DNA of 64,000 nucleotides from an uncultured Bacteroidales bacterium (lineage in GTDB: Bacteria; Bacteroidota; Bacteroidia; Bacteroidales; Paludibacteraceae). Within the stretch, counting starts at the first letter, position 1. Each line of letters starts with the position of its first letter. The position numbers and the translations under genes were made by a program. Shown in pieces: positions 47,001 to 53,000 of this stretch. The notes under the pieces were generated by a model, which was not told where the DNA came from, searched no databases, and was given only the letters and a program-made list of their open reading frames with translations. Location: assembly GCA_937910305.1 (NCBI GenBank), contig CALEPS010000188.1:1095-65094 (forward strand), written 5' to 3'.

Positions 47001-50000
47001 GCGCTTTCTCAATCGTTCTGCCGTAGTTCTCTTTGCCGGCATCACGACCGTCCTGCATGATACGATAGAGTGCGGAATCATAGGCCGCGAATGACCAATG
47101 CTCTCCCCATCTGTCTTCCATGTAGTTAGCCGCACCGTCCTTACCCTCGGAGCGCATACGAGCCACCATCTCCTTGCGTTTGTCAATCTTCTCTTGGTCG
47201 CCGTACTGCTCCAGCCACAAGTTGAACTCTGCCAACTGCTCACCCTCTAACTTCTCGTAGGCATCATACGACGAACTGTCATAGAAGCCCGGATATTCCA
47301 TACCGAGACGTTTGTAGATGTCCTCTATAGATATATTAGGATAACGGCGCGGCGTTAACTCAATCGGCAGTTCACGTCCTTGCTGTGCCAGATAGACATA
47401 CTCCAGACCACTATAGTTGCGGTTCTTATCCATATAGTCACGGACGTTGTTCTGAATAGCAAAAGCCAAGTCCTCCGGAAGACCCTTTGTGAGTTCGTCT
47501 AATCTCTTTGCCGTCTCTTTACCCGCACGATACTCTACGTTCGGGTACATCGGAGTATAAGCGTCACCGGCATAGGTTCCGGCATTACGCCCTGACTCGC
47601 TATCCACCAGCGACGAAGGCATCACTAACGATACCTCACCATAGCCGTGGTGGTTCTGACGCGCCAAATCAATAACCGCAGCAGACGGATTAGCCAAGCC
47701 GCCCATCTTCAATGCCTTGCGCAGCTTCTCTGCGCTGATGTTATGCAGACCGACCAGCGTGTTCTTACCTACCGGAATAGTCTGCGTGCCACTAACCGAC
47801 AGACGCAGATCATCGGGACTCTTGTAGTAATGGATAGCGCCGGCATCGCTCTTGTCGGCTTTGGCTGCTTTGAGTGCGGCGCGGTTGGCATCCAGATCGG
47901 TGCTCACACTGACACCCATATCCTCCAAGCGATCCACCAACGCGCCACCTATCTCAGTGTCGGCGGCTTCAAATTTAGTAGAACTTACTTCTCCGGCTGC
48001 GGGAACTCCATCCCCTCTGCCTTCAGTTCGTCGTAGGCTTTGTTGATCAGTGTCAAACCCTTCTCGTCCCAATCCTCCTTCGGATTGCGTTCCTGAATCT
48101 GCGCTGCTCTCTCTGCTACTACTTTCGGCACTGTGATTGTCAGGTGCATTTCGCCTTGCCATAGCGAAAGCTTCGATACCTCGTTGTTCATTATTAATGG
48201 ATTTTATTATGTCAATTAACTCGTCTTTAACACCAAATGCACGCAAGGCTGATTCCAATTCGGCATCATCTTTAGCCTTGTAAGCCTCTTCCATCGCAAA
48301 GGATATGAACTCATCGGCTACAATAGAATGTTTCTGCTTGTTATAGAATGGGGAGTTGCTAAATTTCTCTAATAAAGACTTCAACTCACTCTCCGGAGCC
48401 ACATCCTCGACCTCTTTAACGCGCTTAATATCCTTTCGTGTTAAGTCATGTTGACGCTCGTGAACATACTTTGTTCTTGCACGCTCTGCATCCGGAAGAT
48501 TATCTATATCAAGGCACACATATCCGTTAAGATAGAAGCCTTCTATATGTCCTCCGTTCACTACGAGGCTTTGTGCCTCTGCGATAGCATCTGGTGTCGC
48601 GCCTATATTCCTTAATGTCTCTACAAGCGTAGAGTTATCAAACAAGATAGGCTTGTGCTCCTCGTCGGCAATGCCGTTCAGATAATCCGTTAACTGTTCG
48701 CGTTGGGTTGGTCGAACTTCTCCCAGTCCTCGTTCTTGTCCGACTCCAGAGCTTCCTTGATTCTCGCCTGCAATTCCGGCGTTATCTCCAGCTCCTCCGG
48801 CTTCTTCTCCAGATACTCCCTCAGAGCCGACTTCGGATAACCCGGCTCCTTCAGTACTGCCTCGATTCTCGCCTCCAGTTCGTCCTCCCAATCCGCCGCG
48901 TCCAGTAGTTCCAGCCCCCGTTTGCTCCAATACTCCGGGTTCCTTCCCCTGATCTCGCCCATTTTGCGGGCTATGTCCCTGCGAATCTGTACGGACATCC
49001 GCAGGTCGTCTTGCGTTACCGAGACGCTCACTTTGTCCCAGTCGTTCATCGTTTTCTCGTTGTTCATTATTGATAGATTTTATAATGTTAATCAACTCGT
49101 CATTAGCACCTGCTGCCCTCAATATGCTCTCTAATTCCTCATCACTTTCTACAGCATAAGCCTCTTCCATACTGTAAGAAATAAACTCATCGGCCAATAC
49201 ATCATGACTTTCATTACTATAAGCACCTCCAGATTGTGATAATACTTCTACTAACACATCCAACTCTTCTCTGCTCGCAGCACGCATCACGCGCTCTATT
49301 TGCTCTTTAGTCGTGAGTAGATGCTGACGCTCATGTATGTATTTCGAACGCGCTTTTTCGGTAGTATCAAGTCCATCAGTATTAAGGTATAATTTATTCT
49401 TGATAGTAAAGCCATCAAAGGTCTTTCCGTTCGCGAGTTGATTTCGTACGTACTCTATCTTTCGAGGACTTGTACCAAGTTGGATTAACAAATCAATAAA
49501 GTTATCGTTCCCGTACAGTTCAAACGGATGTGCCTCGTCGGCTATCGTATTCAAATAATCGGTCAACTCCTTGCGGTGTTTCTCCCGACGGGCTTCATCT
49601 ACGGACTTGTAGTCAATGCCGAATATCTGCTTGATGGCTTCTTTATGAGGAATAGCCGGGGTGTCACCAAATAAACTGCCTGTCGTTCCCTGTACCGCAT
49701 CATAGTACGCATTCAGCGCCTTGGCAATCTCTGTCTGCTTGCCGTATTTGAACAGCGTAGCTAATTCGAGCGCAAAGTTACTAAATTTTTCTGAAGGTAC
49801 AAAATTTTCGGCATCAAAATCGCTCGGAAATTGCATTTGTAGTGCCCAAGAGCGCATTGCTGCCCTTATTTCCTGTTCGTTTCGACCGTTTTTAACCTCT
49901 GCCGACTGATGTAACGCACGATATAACGCACCTATCGCTTCCTGAATGTCAGGTACCAATCGGCTTTCTTCCGGCGACTGCAGGTCGCGCACTATCGTTT

Positions 50001-53000
50001 GCAGTATCGCTTTCTGGGCCGTGACGGGAATATCGTCGAACATAATAGGCAGGTTGTCACTCTCTGCGTTTTGGAACAGTACCTGTTTGAGCACTCCCTG
50101 CAATGCCGCTTTCGCTTCGGCGGTCAGATTACCACGGCTGTCAAAAGCAGACTGCATCTGCGCATCGCTGATGATACCTAACTTCTGAAGAAACTCTAAC
50201 GCCGGTCTGCCGTTGCGTAAGGTCAAGTCCGCCAAAGTAGCTTCATCATCCTCGCTCCGCAATAGAATCTCCGAGAAACGCTGAATCCTGTCGCCTAACT
50301 GATTAGCCGTCACCTGCGGGTCAATCAGCTGCACACCTCCTGTCTCCAAGTCGGTCGCTTTCTTCTGCCATAACTGAATAGCCTGCTCGTCTGTCACGTT
50401 ATCCAACATGCGGACATCAATCACATCGTTATTGCGGATAGTCTCTATATCGGTTTCAGTATATCCCAAAGCCTCAGCATTGTCAATCAGATACTGCTTG
50501 TATTTGGCTACGCTCTCCGGGTGCGACTGGTACATCTTGATCAGCGCATCGAGACGGTTGTTACCCTGCACGGCTTCGCCGCGTCCATTCAGCACCGGAG
50601 CACCTACATACGCCGTGGCACCCTCTACAATCTCGTCGGGGTGTATATTCTGCGCCATCATGTCGGATGTCACTTTGCTTACTTGGTCGCGACGGTCTTT
50701 AGGCTGTGCCTCGCTGATGAAGAATGCCGGATTACGCTGACCGTTGATATGGCTTGGCTGTGCCATGCTTACAGGTATCAGCACATGGTGCGCCTCCGCT
50801 GCTCCGTTCTGCCCTTTGGCAAACTGTACCGTCACGGCCTTACCTGTTGCCAGCGGTTGCAATGGCTCTTGGCGGTGGATCACCCGACCGTTCACCACAT
50901 GGAAACCTCTGTTGCGGGCATCACGGTCGTTATCCTCACTGAAATCAGGTACACCTTTCTTCAACTCCCTGTCAATACGTTCCTGCTCCAACCGTGCGGC
51001 TTCCGCTGCTGCTGCCTGCTCTCTGGCTATGCGGGCGGCTTCCTCTGCCGCTCTGCGCTCTGCCTCCGCTTGGGCTCGCTGCTCACGCTCGGCAATAGTC
51101 AGATAACTCTTGGCTTTTTCTCTCGCCTCCGTCAGTTTGTCCAAACGGTCTTGCAACGCCTTCTTTTCTCGGTCAATGAGTTCTTGCTGCGCATTGAAAT
51201 CGGCTATGCCGTTATAGCGCGTCACTTTCTTGCGCTCGGCGGCTTTCAGCTGGCTTTGTGTGTTGGCTATTTCTGCTTCAAGGAATTTATCCACTCTCTC
51301 TCTGCTCCCCATGAACTCAACCGCTGCTCCGGCGTAGTCTGCCGCAGTCATTTTGTCAAGGACCGGTTCTACCGGCGCAGCGGGCTGCGCAGCTTGCGAT
51401 TGTTGGGGCGCTTGCTGGTGGCCGTCCTGCTGTTGGGTTTCTGTAGGTGCTGCCGGTTGTTGCTTTCCTTCAATAAGCGCATACCCCTGCTCCGCCATCT
51501 GCTCCGGGGTGACTATATTGGTCATGCCCTGCGCATCTTGATACGAATAGGTGCCGTCGCCGTTATCGGTAGCAGTTATCTCCTCCGTATCGTTCACGAA
51601 AATCGCCGTTCCCTCCGGCAACTGCTCTTGCACTCGCTCCACGGCGGCTTGCTCGGCGGCTGCCTGATCCATGCGGTTGGCTACCTCCGTCCGGATAAAC
51701 GTGTCCGGCGTGCCGGGCGTGGCAGTCAGGTTCAGATCCTTGGCGTTCTCCTGTGTCACCGTGCCGTCCGACCACTTGACCGTTACCACATCGTTATTGG
51801 TGATACGTCCTTTCTCGTTTATCGCGGGACTGACCGTACCAACCACGAATCCTTGCCGCTCGGCATCGCCAGCCATCTGAACGGGATAGACATTACCGTC
51901 ATCGTGCGTCCGCTCTCCGTAGTACTGCGTCACCTCTGCCGTCATCCTCTGCTCCGGTGTCATCTCCTCCGCCTGCTGGGGACCCGAACCGCCACCTTCT
52001 TCTATTGCCCGCCTATCGGTTCTTTCGTTATTTCGCGGCATATATTCGTTCAAACGATTCAGATAGCTCTCAAAGATAGTTTTATCCTTGGCACTCAATC
52101 GGCTGTACTCTCGACTCAACAGCTTCGACAAATCATCTATAGAAACACCTTGCTCGCGCGCTACTTGCTCGCGCACACCTTTCAATATATCACTTCCCTT
52201 TATGTCCTCTGCCAGATATTTCTCCATCTGACTGCGGATAGCACGCTCTATAGGTGTCAGACTACCCTCGTCCGCACTCAATACACGATACGCATCTTCA
52301 CGCGATAACTGCGGGTAGTTCTCTATCGTCTTGGCTATTGCTCCGTCGGTAACCTCCTGCATCTTCTCTGCAAAACCTCGGGTGCGGATGATGCCCTCTA
52401 CCCACTCTAACATATTGTTACGCGTAGCACCGTACTGACGAACACGATAAGCCTCCGCCGCCTTTTGCGTATCGAACTTACGAGTCTCATAAACCATGCC
52501 GCCGTTATCATAGGTCTTCACTACATAACCGTCAGCACCGGATTCTATATCACCCACGTAGATAGGACTCACATGAGCATCAACCTTGCCATACAGCAAC
52601 GATGCTAACTTATACTTGGCTTGCGTGTCTATACGCTCGTCTGCGGAGATGTCGTTCAATACCCTGTAATACTCTTCCAACGAACCAAACTCCTTGCCTC
52701 CGTTCAGGCTCTTCAGTATCGTATAAGCATCCTTTCCTTCTATTCCAGCGGCATTAAACTGCTCAATCTCTTCTCTCGTCAAGGTATGCGCCATCGGATC
52801 CTGACGCATCGCCTCCCATGCTTTGCGCAGTCCTCCGGCCTTACTTGCGGTCTTCAATCCGCCTTGGATGTCAAAGAACAACTGCATAGCCGCAGCATTA
52901 GCATACTCGTTACCCCAATCGACATCGTTTAACGAACCGCCTTGCAGAATATGACTCGCCACTCCGCTACCTACCATAATATTGGTTCCTGAGGCGAAGT

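Noticed and set aside
38817-51775. Other same-strand alternate-frame ORFs inside the giant gene (38817-39026, 40404-40604, 42155-42397, 44742-44966, 45177-45371, 45498-45692, 45843-46106, 46938-47243, 51563-51775)
   Set aside because: Unlike the two MNNE ORFs, they have no paralog. They do not coincide with main-frame low-complexity linkers and translate to R/S/C-rich junk.
50521-52308. Long + strand ORFs antisense to the giant gene (595 aa here; also 38869-40014, 40936-41526, 42862-43581 and others)
   Set aside because: They are R/L/H/C-rich low-complexity translations with no motifs. All lie opposite a continuous, motif-rich 16.4-kb ORF, so they are typical shadow ORFs.
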